Source: Tubulanus polymorphus
Taxonomy: Eukaryota; Animalia; Nemertea
Assembly: GCF_964204645.1 (NCBI RefSeq)
Contig: NC_134030.1
Span: 1,099,355 to 1,163,354, forward strand
Reading direction: 5' to 3'
DNA length: 64,000 nucleotides
The notes under the pieces were generated by a model. The model did no database searches. It worked only from the letters and a program-made list of their open reading frames with translations, and had not been told where the DNA came from. Shown piece after piece: positions 26,610 through 38,600 of the stretch; within the stretch, counting starts at the first letter, position 1, and the number at the start of each line of letters is the position of its first letter. The position numbers were made by a program, and so were the translations under genes.

Positions 26610-28033
26610 ATCGCTGTTTTTGGGTAAGATCGCAGTTTTTAGGTAAGATCGCAGTTTTTAGGTTAGATCGCTGTTTTGAGGTTAGATCACCGTTTTGTGT
26701 TAGATTGCGGTTTTGTGTTAGATCACTTTTTTGTGTTAGATCGCTGTTTTGTGTTAGATCGCTGTTTTAGGTTAGATCGCAGTTTTTAGGTTACATTGCA
26801 GTATTTGGGTTAGACCGCAGTTTTTTGTTAGATCGCAGTTTTTAAGTTAGATCGCTGTTTTGGGTTAGATCACAGTTTTTGTGTTAGATCGCTGTTTTAG
26901 GTTAGATCGCAGTTTTTGTGTTAGATTGCATTTTTGTGTTAGATCACTGGTTTTTTTTTAGATCGCAGTTTTTAGGTTAGATCGCAGTTTTTAGGTTAGA
27001 TCGCTGTTTTGTGTTAGATCGCTGTTTTTAGGTTAGATTGCTGTTTTTAGTTTAGATCGCTGTTTTGTGTTAGATCGCTGTTTTTAGGTTAGATTGCTGT
27101 TTTTGGGTTAGATCGCAGTTTTTGTGTTAGATAGCAGTTTTTAGGTTAGATCGCAGTTTTTGAGTTAAATCGCCTTTTTGGGTTAGATCACAGTCTTTGT
27201 GTTAGATCGCAGCTTTTAGGTTAGATTGCTGTTTTTAGGTTAGATGGCTGTTTTTCTGTTAGATCCCTTTTTTTCTTAGATCGCAGTATTTAGGTTAGAT
27301 CGCTTTTTTTGGATTAGATCGCAGTTTTTGGGTTAGATCGCAGTTATTGTGTTAGATCGCAGTTTTTTGTTAGATCGCTGTTTTTGGGTTAGACGGCAGT
27401 GTTTAGGTTAGATTGCACTTTTTAGGTTAGAACAATGTTTTTCTGTTAGATCGCAGTTTTTTTGTTAGATCGCAGTTTTTAGGTTAGATCGCAATTTTTT
27501 GTGTAAGATCGCAGTTTTTTGTTAGGTCGCTGTTTTTGGGTTAGAAAGCTGTTTTTGTGTTAGATTGGTGTTTTTAGGTTAGATCGCTATTTTTGTGTTA
27601 GATCGCTGTTTTTGGGTTAGATGGCTGTTTTTGGGTTAGATTGGTGTTTTTGGGTTTGATCGCTGTTTTTGGGTTAGATCGCTGTTTTTGGGTTAGATCG
27701 CTGTTTTTAGGTTAGATCGCTGTTTTCGGGTTAGATCGCTGTTTTTGGGTTAGATCGCTGTTTTTAGGTTAGATCGCTGTTTTTAGGTTAGATCGCTGTT
27801 TTTGGGTTAGATCGCTGTTTTTGGGTTAGATCGCTGTTTTTGGGTTAGATCGCTGTTTTTAGGTTAGATCGCTGTTTTTGGGTTAGATTGGTGTTTTTGG
27901 GTTTGATCGCTGTTTTTGGGTTTGATCGCTTTTTTGGGGTTAGATCGCTGTTTTTGGGTTAGATCGCTGTTTTTAGGTTAGATCGCTGTTTTTGGGTTAG
28001 ATCGCTGTTTTTGGGTTAGATCACTGTTTTTGT
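26610..28033. repeat. ~19-20-bp T-rich minisatellite (gttagatcgctgtttttgg); copy B 60890-61930
   Basis: Direct tandem repetition, more homogeneous toward the 3' end in copy A. Confidence 0.96.
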
Positions 28034-28085
28034 GTTTTTGTCAATCATCATATCAAGATTTGCAATCCCAGTTGCCTTCAAGTTT

Positions 28086-29605
28086 CATATAGAGAATTAG
28101 TGGATGTGGTGTCCCTGGACCCCTACATGCACCATATAGAGAATTAGTGGATGTGGTGTCCCTGGACCCCTACATGCACCATATAGAGAATTAGTGGATG
28201 TGGTGTCCCTGGACCCCTACATGCACCATATAGAGAATTAGTGGATGTGGTGTCCCTGGACCCCTACATGCACCATATAGAGAATTAGTGGATGTGGTGT
28301 CCCTGGACCCCTACATGCACCATATAGAGAATTAGTGGATGTGGTGTCCCTGGACCCCTACATGCACCATATAGAGAATTAGTGGATGTGGTGTCCCTGG
28401 ACCCCTACATGCACCATATAGAGAATTAGTGGATGTGGTGTCCCTGGACCCCTACATGCACCATATAGAGAATTAGTGGATGTGGTGTCCCTGGACCCCT
28501 ACATGCATCATATAGAGAATTAGTGGATGTGGTGTCCCTGGACCCCTACATGCACCATATAGAGAATTAGTGGATGTGGTGTCCCTGGACCCCTACATGC
28601 ATCATATAGAGAATTAGTGGATGTGGTGTCCCTGGACCCCTACATGCACCATATAGAGAATTAGTGGATGTGGTGTCCCTGGACCCCTACATGCATCATA
28701 TAGAGAATTAGTGGATGTGGTGTCCCTGGACCCCTACATGCACCATATAGAGAATTAGTGGATGTGGTGTCCCTGGACCCCTACATGCATCATATAGAGA
28801 ATTAGTGGATGTGGTGTCCCTGGACCCCTACATGCACCATATAGAGAATTAGTGGATGTGGTGTCCCTGGACCCCTACATGCACCATATAGAGAATTAGT
28901 GGATCTGGTGTTCCTGGACCCCTACATGCACCATATAGAGAATTAGTGGATGTGGTGTCCCTGGACCCCTACATGCACCATATAGAGAATTAGTGGATCT
29001 GGTGTTCCTGGACCCCTACATGCACCATATAGAGAATTAGTGGATGTGGTCTTCCTGGACCCCTACATGCACCATATAGAGAATTAGTGGATGTGGTGTC
29101 CCTGGACCCCTACATGCACCATATAGAGAATTAGTGGATGTGGTGTCCCTGGACCCTTACATGCACCATATAGAGAATTAGTGGATGTGGTGTCCCTGGA
29201 CCCCTACATGCATCATATAGAGAATTAGTGGATGTGGTGTCCCTGGACCCTTACATGCACCATATAGAGAATTAGTGGATGTGGTGTCCCTGGACCCCTA
29301 CATGCATCATATAGAGAATTAGTGGATGTGGTGTCCCTGGACCCCTACATGCACCATATAGAGAATTAGTGGATGTGGTGTCCCTGGTCCCCTACATGCA
29401 TCATATAGAGAATTAGTGGATGTGGTGTCCCTGGACCCTTACATGCACCATATAGAGAATTAGTGGATGTGGTGTCCCTGGACCCCTACATGCATCATAT
29501 AGAGAATTAGTGGATGTGGTGTCCCTGGACCCCTACATGCACCATATAGAGAATTAGTGGATGTGGTGTCCCTGGACCCCTACATGCACCATATAAAGAA
29601 TTAGT
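28086..29605 (+). repeat. 47-bp satellite, ~32 units, just upstream of the first coding exon
   Basis: Reverse complement of the 20043-21031 unit. Confidence 0.97.
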
Positions 29606-29676
29606 TCACTGAACCAGAATAAGACTGACTGATATATTTTCAAATGATTTAATATTTTTACTTGTTTTTCTAGATA

Positions 29677-32600
29677 ATGCCGAAGGCAAATAAAAAAACT
29701 CGGGGCGTGGGGCCCTCAACATCTAGCCCCTATAATAAAGTAAGTACAAATTTACTGCTTCCATGCTTATTTATTCATCCCATACTTAGTATTTTGTACC
29801 CCTGGGTCCAGTTTCACAAAAAGGATTAACGCCTAAATCGATTTAAGATAAACTGTATTAATGAAGGAATTAAATCGATTTAAGAGTTAAACCTGTTTGT
29901 GAAACTGGGCCCTGAATTGCATCTAGAATGAAAAAAAAGAAAAAAAAATATTGAAAATAACGTTGGTGAAATATTTCTGGATCTCTCTGGATTTCTGCTC
30001 AATGCATCGTTTAGTAAAATATCGATATTCTCTAAAAGTAAAGATATAAGTATAAAAATATTGTATTGAATCGTGATTAGTTACTGTATGCGCTGCTAGT
30101 TGTTGCCCAACCCATAGCCTCATTTCTCTCCATTCTAAATTTGCATTGTTTAACATTGTCTGGTCGCTATGGAAACTATTTATTTAAGTTTCTTTGTGGT
30201 ATCCATGGCAACAGTAACGTTTAGGTAGTGGCACCAATTATGGGTCCCAACGTTCCCATGGCGATACATGAGAACATTTATCCTATTTTTGACCTACATG
30301 ACGTAAGATGGTAGTGAGTCGATGACGTCATTTTCGTCTCACCACTAATGAAAAAAAAAATTAAATGAAAAAAAAAGGAAGAAATGGTTAGAATTACGTT
30401 TATGAAATTTTTCTGGATCGGCTAAATGTATTGTTCCATTAAATATCGACATTCTCTAAAATTATAGGCATCAATATCAAAATGATGATACAGCAGACTC
30501 CGCTTAACTCTGTTCTATTTGGACCATTAATTAACCGAATACCAACTTTTTAAAATTTTAGGATTTTTACGTTAAGGATCAGAAAATGTGTATGCAATTT
30601 CAACCGGGTACCGAGTAGGGTGGCCGAGTCTACTGTAGTCTGCTGCCCCCTCGAATCCATTACCTTATTATCTCTCAATTTGCATTGTTTGACCTCGTCT
30701 GGTTGCTATGGAAACTATTTAGTTATATCAGGAACGGTTTTTTCGAGGTAACCAGTGGCAACAGTTAACAGACGTGTCCGTCCTAGAGATAAACTGTCTG
30801 ATTTCACAGCCACATCCGTCCTAGAGATAAACTGTTAGATAAACTCTGATTTCGCGTCTGTCCTATTTCTTGTCATTGTATGAATATGTTTTCTCTTTTA
30901 TAGGGTACAGCGCAGCAACAACAACAACAACAACAACAACAGCAACAGCAACAACAACAACAAAAATTTAATATTTCTATGTCCGGAATAGACGTAAGTT
31001 ATCGTAAACGCCTGTTTGAAGTCATCATTCTTGAGCTTGAAACCGAAATTTATATTATAGAATATTAAACCCTGCTTCTGCTACTGACAGGTAATGTCCG
31101 TCATACATTACTGCATCGTCAAATCTATACCAGGGTGCACCCAGGCAGATCGTTCGCATCATCACATGCAAAGGGCTGATTATTTTGGAACCCAGTTTTT
31201 ATCAGCTGGAACATTCTGCACATTCGACCATATTGATTGATAGCCCGTTATAGACGAGTGGAGAAAAACTGAAAAACCAGTTCGGAAAAACTTCGATTGA
31301 TTTCACTCACATTTACAGAAATTTGGTCCGACCCCAAAACCATTTACTTACACTATACAAATCAGATCAGGTTTTTAACATTGTCTTTGATTGTATTTTC
31401 AGTTTTTGCCGACAACGCCGCCCAGTGGTGTTTCGACGCCGGTAAGTGATAACTATTTTCTAATAAATCACGCTTATTTCAATTTGTAATTTGAAAATAG
31501 AGGGTAGTAGCTGTTATGTATAAATTATGCTAATTAGGAATAAATTCATATTCGATTAAGTCTCATCATCGTAGAAGTCATATATTAATGATGCTATCTC
31601 TAAAGTTGTCATTTAAATTAAGTGTTATATTTACTACTTCATTTGCTTCATGACCCAAAAACCTCTACTATATAACTACTGGTTTTGTTCTAATCTTGGA
31701 GAATTTGCTGCAAAATTTACTTATCATTTGTTAAACAGTTTTTATTGAAAACCTGAATCAGTGATACATGCATTCATGAATATCCATCTAATATTTTGTT
31801 TTATTTTATCTTTACAGGATTTATCACCGATACAGCACGTGGACGTAAGAGATTAAACATTGATCTTGAATTTTAAGTTCAAACTAATTTATTTTTTATC
31901 TCACTCGGGACTATAGTTATTGCGTTCACTTTGCGTCCAGTTGTCTCGGGTAGTTTTTGATTTATCGTGTTGATAATTGGTTTATATACTCAAACTCAAA
32001 ATATCGGCGCAATTGGAATTAAGATGGCGCACTTGTATGTCCATTTTTTTCCCCGGCAAAATTAGCACTTTAGCAGATTTTAAGGATCAATTCTGTTGTT
32101 ATATTACATTGAAATCAGAGTTTAATATATATCGGTATAGAGCAGATTTTTGCTCTAGTTATAAATAAAGTTATAAATAATCTCATGACATGTTCTGTAT
32201 ATGTGTAGTGAGTTTCGATGTCTTTGGTTCCTTTTAAACCAGGGGGAGTTAAATTTGAAAATGTCAGATCGTCGAGCATTTCAGACCGCTTCCAAAGTGG
32301 GTCCCTGCACCCCTAGTTATACCGTTAATATTTTAATAAAACATTAATATTTTTATTTGATAGAATATATTGATATACCATACATTGATATCGGTCTTGT
32401 AATTGGATCAACAACCATGAGATCAAAACACAGCAAATATGAACCTGCTGTGAATCAATAGATTTGTGATAAATGTAATGAAATTGTTATTTTTCATATT
32501 GACTTTTTGAGTTAAGGGTCTGTTGTATAAGAGTATTTGGTCTCGCGTGTCAATGTATGATATCAATCTGTTGTATTTCCTCGTTCCAATGTTTAAAAGG

Positions 32601-35600
32601 TGTTCGTCACCTTATATTAATAAACTACTTTAACCGTTAGATGGCGCCATAAGTGTGATATTTGATTTATGGGATACCCGCAAAACCAGCTATTCCACCA
32701 GATGGCGCAACGAGTAGTAGGTCGTTCGTTGTCAAAATTAGTTCATTTTCGATAAACTTTGAGATGGTTTGAAGAAGAAATACTTTCATTCTTCTACTCT
32801 GATATCGATTTAGTTTTCATTAATAATTGATTCATTTAAGAGAACAATTCATTCAGATTTAATTGAAATGTACAAGAAAATCGAACGCAGACGACCAACT
32901 ATTTACTAGCGACACCTGGGGAATCCTCGCCTGCCATAAGTGGAATCCTCGATTGCCACAGTAAGACTGCGGGTATCCCATTGTTTGGCGTGTGAAGTAA
33001 AGTAAAGTTAGAAAACGGATGTTTAACTTTGTTGTGAAACGAAAGCGTTTTGGAGATTTTTAAACCAATCAAATCAATATTTTGATATTACGCTTGAAAC
33101 CCTTCCCACTCATATTCTACGTACTAAGTATATATTCTTGTTTCCGTGGAAATCATGGTGAGTGGCGCCATCTATACAGTGGAGTTAGCTTTAAAAATCG
33201 AGCATGCTTCGACAAGTGGCTCCATCTATTCCCTAATACTGAAGCGAGGTAACCAGCAGCGCCCTTATATACAGGAAATGAACGCCTATCAAGTTTAACA
33301 ATGCACGGTGTATTGACCACAGCGACCGGTGATAATTATATCAATGTTGATTAGCTATTGCCATAGACAGGTCCGTAGCGTTTGACTGGACCAGAACGGG
33401 GCCCCCTAACCAAAACAAATTTTGAAAACGTGCCCAGATAAATTGCCTCTGGGAGATTGATTTAACGAGGTTTTGATTAAATGAACAAATTTTAATATTT
33501 GTAAGTTTAACATTTCTGTTTTTAATTTTTCTTTGTAAGGAACTGAATTTTCGAACCCCCCTTAACCACTTCAAGCTACGTTCCTGATATAGTGCTAGCT
33601 ATACCTGAATACTTTTCTCTTATTGAAATTGTCTAAAAAACCAGCACCTTGAACTAATGAACGTCATAATGAAAATGTTTAAAAATTCAACCGTTAATGA
33701 ATTTGACTAATATATTTTTTTTATTTTCATTTCTAGCGTCAGTTTGCCTCACAGGCAAGGTCGCCGTCGCTTAATGTAAGTATCAGTGACGCCCTCAATC
33801 TCACATGCCTCACTTCCCTCCTAATGTAACCATTTTTATGAAATTCCTCAAGAAAATATATACTAGTAATCTTAGAATACACGTTTTTGTACCCAGACCC
33901 CTTCATTCTACTGAACTACCGTGTAATAAGTGCCTGTTGTGTTCATTTTCTGTTGCATTGATTTATATATTATTTCTATTTACAGTTGTCAAACAACAGC
34001 AGCAGCAGCAGCAGCAGCGCACCCCTCCCGCCGGAGACGCCTCCCGACTTGCAAGCAAGAAGTAAGTTCAGTCTTCAAATACAATTTCAATGCATTCAAT
34101 TTTGTGTATGGCATTAAAACGGTTAAAGTTGTGACTAGTTTTCATAACTCCGTGACGTCATATTTCCATCGAGTACCGGACCCTTTCCTATGTTTTTTGC
34201 CAATTTGGATTGAATGATCGCCAGCGGTTTTTCTATACGACCCGGCTCTGCTGTATTGCATTTAGCCATCCTTTTTCTTGGCGTTTTTTATAAGAAGGTG
34301 TTTGATTTTGTCTCTAAGGGATTTAGGAATTTAAGAGACACTTGTACTCTCTATACAGTGAGTTTGTTCTGTTTTTGTTCCCTCGTGAATTTTATTTTGT
34401 TTGAATCAAATCAAATCAGTGCATCTTTCTTGAATTGCGTGTATGTTATAATATTATGTAAGTTATAACGTTAAAATTTCTGTTATATTTAAACCGAATA
34501 TTTAATTGTTGTATTTTGAATGCGATAATGCCGCTCCCTGCTAAAGTCCAGCGTCGTCATCGTGAGGGATGCGGTCATCTGTTCGGGCCCTGATTACGTT
34601 CTGTGTTCATCCTGTTGGGCTACATCGGGCGTTATATGAGTTCATCCTTCCTGGACTTGCGGATTGTGGTCGGAAGATCTATGGGTTCGGGCCGATAAGT
34701 CCCGGAAACAGAAAGTACAGTTTCTGCCGATGTGCCCATTGATGTCTCTATTTCAGAACATCACAGCGGTCGCCGGCTGTACAAGCACGGTCGGCTTCCC
34801 AACTCCATTCTCTGAGGAGGATCGCTGGTTCTCTAGTAACGGTCAGTCACCAGTCAATCAACGGTTCAGCTGGTTCAGTTTCCCAGGTATCGGCGCGCGA
34901 CAGTCGGGATACCTGCACAGGAACTCAGGTCCGGTCCGGGCTACTCCGAGCACCGGTCCGGTCCAGGCATCACCGGATACTGAACATCCTGTCCAGTAGC
35001 TTCGAGAACTGGTCCGGTCCAGGCATCACAGGGTACTGAACATCTGGTCTGGTCAGCTTCGAGAACCGGTCCAGGCATCACCGGATACTGAACATCTGGT
35101 CCGGTCAGCTTCGAGAACTGGTCCGGTCCAGGCATCACCGGGTAATAAACATCCGGTCCGGTCCGGGTGGCTTCGAGCACCGGTCCGGTCCAGGCATCAC
35201 CGGGTACTGAACATCCAGTCTGGTCCGGTCCAGGCATCACCGGGTACTGAACATCCAGTCTGGTCCGGTCCAGGCATCACCGGGTACTGAACATCCAGTC
35301 CGGTCCGGTCCAGGCATCACCGGATACTGAACATCCGGTCCGGTAGCTTCGACAACTGGTCCGGTCCAGGCATCACCGGGTACTGAACATCCAGTCCGGT
35401 CCGGTCCAGGCATCACCGGGTACTGAACATCCAGTCTGGTCCGGTCCAGGCATCAGTGGATACTGAACATCTGGTCCGGTAGCTTCGAGAACTGGTCCGG
35501 TCCAGGCATCACTGGGTACTGAACATCCAGTCCGGTCCGGTCCAGGCATCACTGGGTACTGAACATCCAGTCCGGTCCAGGCATCACCGGGTACTGAACA

Positions 35601-38600
35601 TCCAGTCTGGTCCGGTCCAGGCATCAGTGGATACTGAACATCCTGTCCGGTCAGCTCCGTGCACCGGTCCGGTCCAGGCATCACTGGGTACTGAACATCC
35701 ACTCTGGTCCGGTCCAGGCATCACCGGGTACTGAACAGGGTTCGTCGCGGTGCTTGAAAAACTTGAAATGGCTTGAATTTGAAAAATACTACTCAAGCGC
35801 TTGAAAACAGCTTGAAAATAGATCGAAAGCTTGAAATAATTATTTTTGACTTGAAATAAAAAGATATGGCTTGAAATGCTTGATTATCACAAATTTTCTT
35901 CTTCGCGAATTTTTTTCGATGAAATCGCTGACAGAATATGTTCTTGAGTTGTTTCTACGCTTGCGTCATGTTTTAGGCATCAATAAAGAAATTAATTGAA
36001 TTGTATATAATCGCTATGAGGCTCTTGTGGTGAAACTCTACGGTGTCTGGAGACATGAACATACGGGGAAATTTCAGTCATGCATGTTATCGAGCATTGA
36101 TGTAAAATGGCATTGAAATCCCACACCAGGAGTGAGAGCCATGTTGAAGGCACCGCGACCTAGTCAAAGTCATTGAACATTACAAATTTCGTATTAGGCC
36201 ATACAAAAATCAAGGTCTGTTTGCCGTCATCCGACCGACCCGACTTCAAAGGTACCCAGTGGAAACTTTTTTCTTGGATTCATTGAAATAAATTGTATTT
36301 TTGATACAAATGGCCGACCCACTGCCGATGTATGAGCTATGTATGTTTGAAGTTAAGTGTGCATCATGTGAAAACATGCCTCGACTATTTAGTTGAAGTT
36401 TTCCAGGAAACTGGCAGTGTTCCAATAAGCTGCCATTCATTCTAAAGCTGGTAATGTTATAGCGTGCATATATTCAATCTACTGTTTCATTTTGAACGCA
36501 GATTTCGGATGTTGTTTCCGCTAAAAGTGGTGATGATAAATTTGTTGTTTTTTTTGCCCCAAAATTTTGCAAAAAAAAAATGATGCTACCTTCCTACTGA
36601 CTTATCCCAAAAATAGTAGGTGTAACGGCAAAACAGACAATTAATTTGGGATGGCCAAATATCCAAATCTTGATTGATATGAATATTTAAGCTAGGAAAT
36701 GCTGAAAATCATTGTGATGAACAGGTTTCATCTCTAACAGAATCGTATCAACTCGGAGGTTCCACTGGAATCAAAATTTTACCTCTTTTTTAACATTTTT
36801 ATACGAACCTGTTCAAAATAGGCAAATTGGCTGCGACTAACGAAAATTGCTTCCAACGTGCCTTAAAAATAGCTTGAAAATGGTATAAATCTAGCTTGAA
36901 ATGGCTTGAATTTCACCTGAGCTTGAGACAATGAACCCTGCTGAACATCTGGTCCGGTCAGCTTCCAGCACCGGTCCGGTCCAGGCATCACCGGTTACTG
37001 AACATCCGGTCCGGTCAGCTTCCAGCACCGGTCCGGTCCAGGCATCACCGGTTACTGGTCCGGTCCGGGCAGCTTTGAGCACCGGTCCGGTCCAGGCATC
37101 ACTGAGTACTGAACATCCAGTCCGGTCCGGTCAGCTCCGAGCACCGGTCCAGGCATCACCAGGTACTGAACATCTGGTCTGGTCCGGGCGGCCTGGCATC
37201 AATGTTTCGAATTTAAAACATAGTTATCATGGTTCTAGGTTTGGTAGAGGGCGCTCTTCTACCAGATGCAGGAGCGAGGTCACCTTCACGGAGATCGAGA
37301 TCGAGGGATTATGATTGATTCTGTAGGAACCATCATCATTCATCAGTTCAGGTCGAGGGACCGTTTAGGAAGTTCACGTCTTTCACGTCGAGGGACCGTT
37401 TAGGAAGTTCACGTCTTTCACGTCGAGGGACCGTTTAGGAAGTTCACGTCTTTCACGTCGAGGGACCGTTTAGGAAGTTCACGTCTTTCACGTCGACGGA
37501 CCGTTTAGGAAGTTCACGTCTTTCATGTCGAGGGACCGTTAAGGAAGTCGTCACAATAATCAGGATTTCCGCGATTTCGAAAGTCAGATTTTAAACTTGT
37601 TATTGTCATTGTAAGCTACCGCAGTTACAGGTAAGCCTATTCTTGATTGCCCGAGACAGGCGTGCAGATATTGTTCCCGACTTAAGTTTTTGGTTGATTC
37701 TCTTGTGACTTGTTTGTTTTAGGGGTGAGATGGATGAGCCTTATTGTTTTTTGACATATATAGGTCATCCAAGATGGCCGCCACAGCCATTACAATGTGT
37801 AAAATAGCCATTTTGAAGCTTGTGACAACTCTACAATCTACAGTTTCAAACCAATTTGCCAATTACTTATTCTGTGGTTTCATAATGGTAGGAGAATGAG
37901 CCTTATTGTTTTTGACATATATAGGTCATCCAAGATGGCCGCCACAGCCATTTCAATGTGTGAAATAGCCATTTTGAAGCTTGTGACAACTCTACAATCT
38001 ACAGTTTCAGACCAATTTACCAATTACTTATTCTGTGGTTTCATAATGGTAAGAGGATGAGCCTTATTGTTTTTGACATATATAGGTCATCCAAGATGGC
38101 CGCCACAGCCATTTCAATGTGTGAAATAGCCATTTTGAAGCTTGTTACCGCTCTACGGACTTAAGTTTTAAGCTTAAGACTTAAGATGGCCACCACAGTT
38201 ATATCAATGTGTTAAATCTTATCCGATTTGGAGCTTGTTACTGCTCTAAGATGTAGAGGTTTAGAGGTTTATAATTTCATTCATACTTGTACTGTGGTTT
38301 ATTTATGGTGGTCAGAGGATGAGACCTATTACAATTTGCATTCTCTACTTGACTCACTGGTCAAGGGTTAATATCTAGTTTGATAAATGTGATAAGCATG
38401 TCGGTGAATCACCCCCCCCCCCCCCCGGACTCTGATCTCAATGTCTGATGTCAATCGTCAGCAGTTTCAATGGAATGGGCTCGATTAGGTGTGGAACAAG
38501 TGGAATCCTCGATTGCCACAGTCGAACCTAGAGTATTAAGAGCTCAATTAGGTTCTTCTTTGCGTCTCTTCTCCAGTTGGAGTGCTCCAGTTTCCACCGA

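Larger units (their letters stand above)
1..34931. repeat. Large tandem repeat unit, copy A (~34.9 kb; boundary arbitrary, set by window start)
   Basis: cggtccgggctactccgagcaccggtccgg at 1 recurs at 34932. ORFs of 1-30 kb recur in the same order, with offsets drifting between 34.9 and 33.2 kb (e.g. 9704/43606, 21056/55392, 29923/63161). Confidence 0.97.

Noticed and set aside
26610-28033. GGGTTA/TTTAGG motifs as telomeric repeats
   Set aside because: They occur once per 19-20-bp (or 63-bp) unit, never as tandem hexamers.
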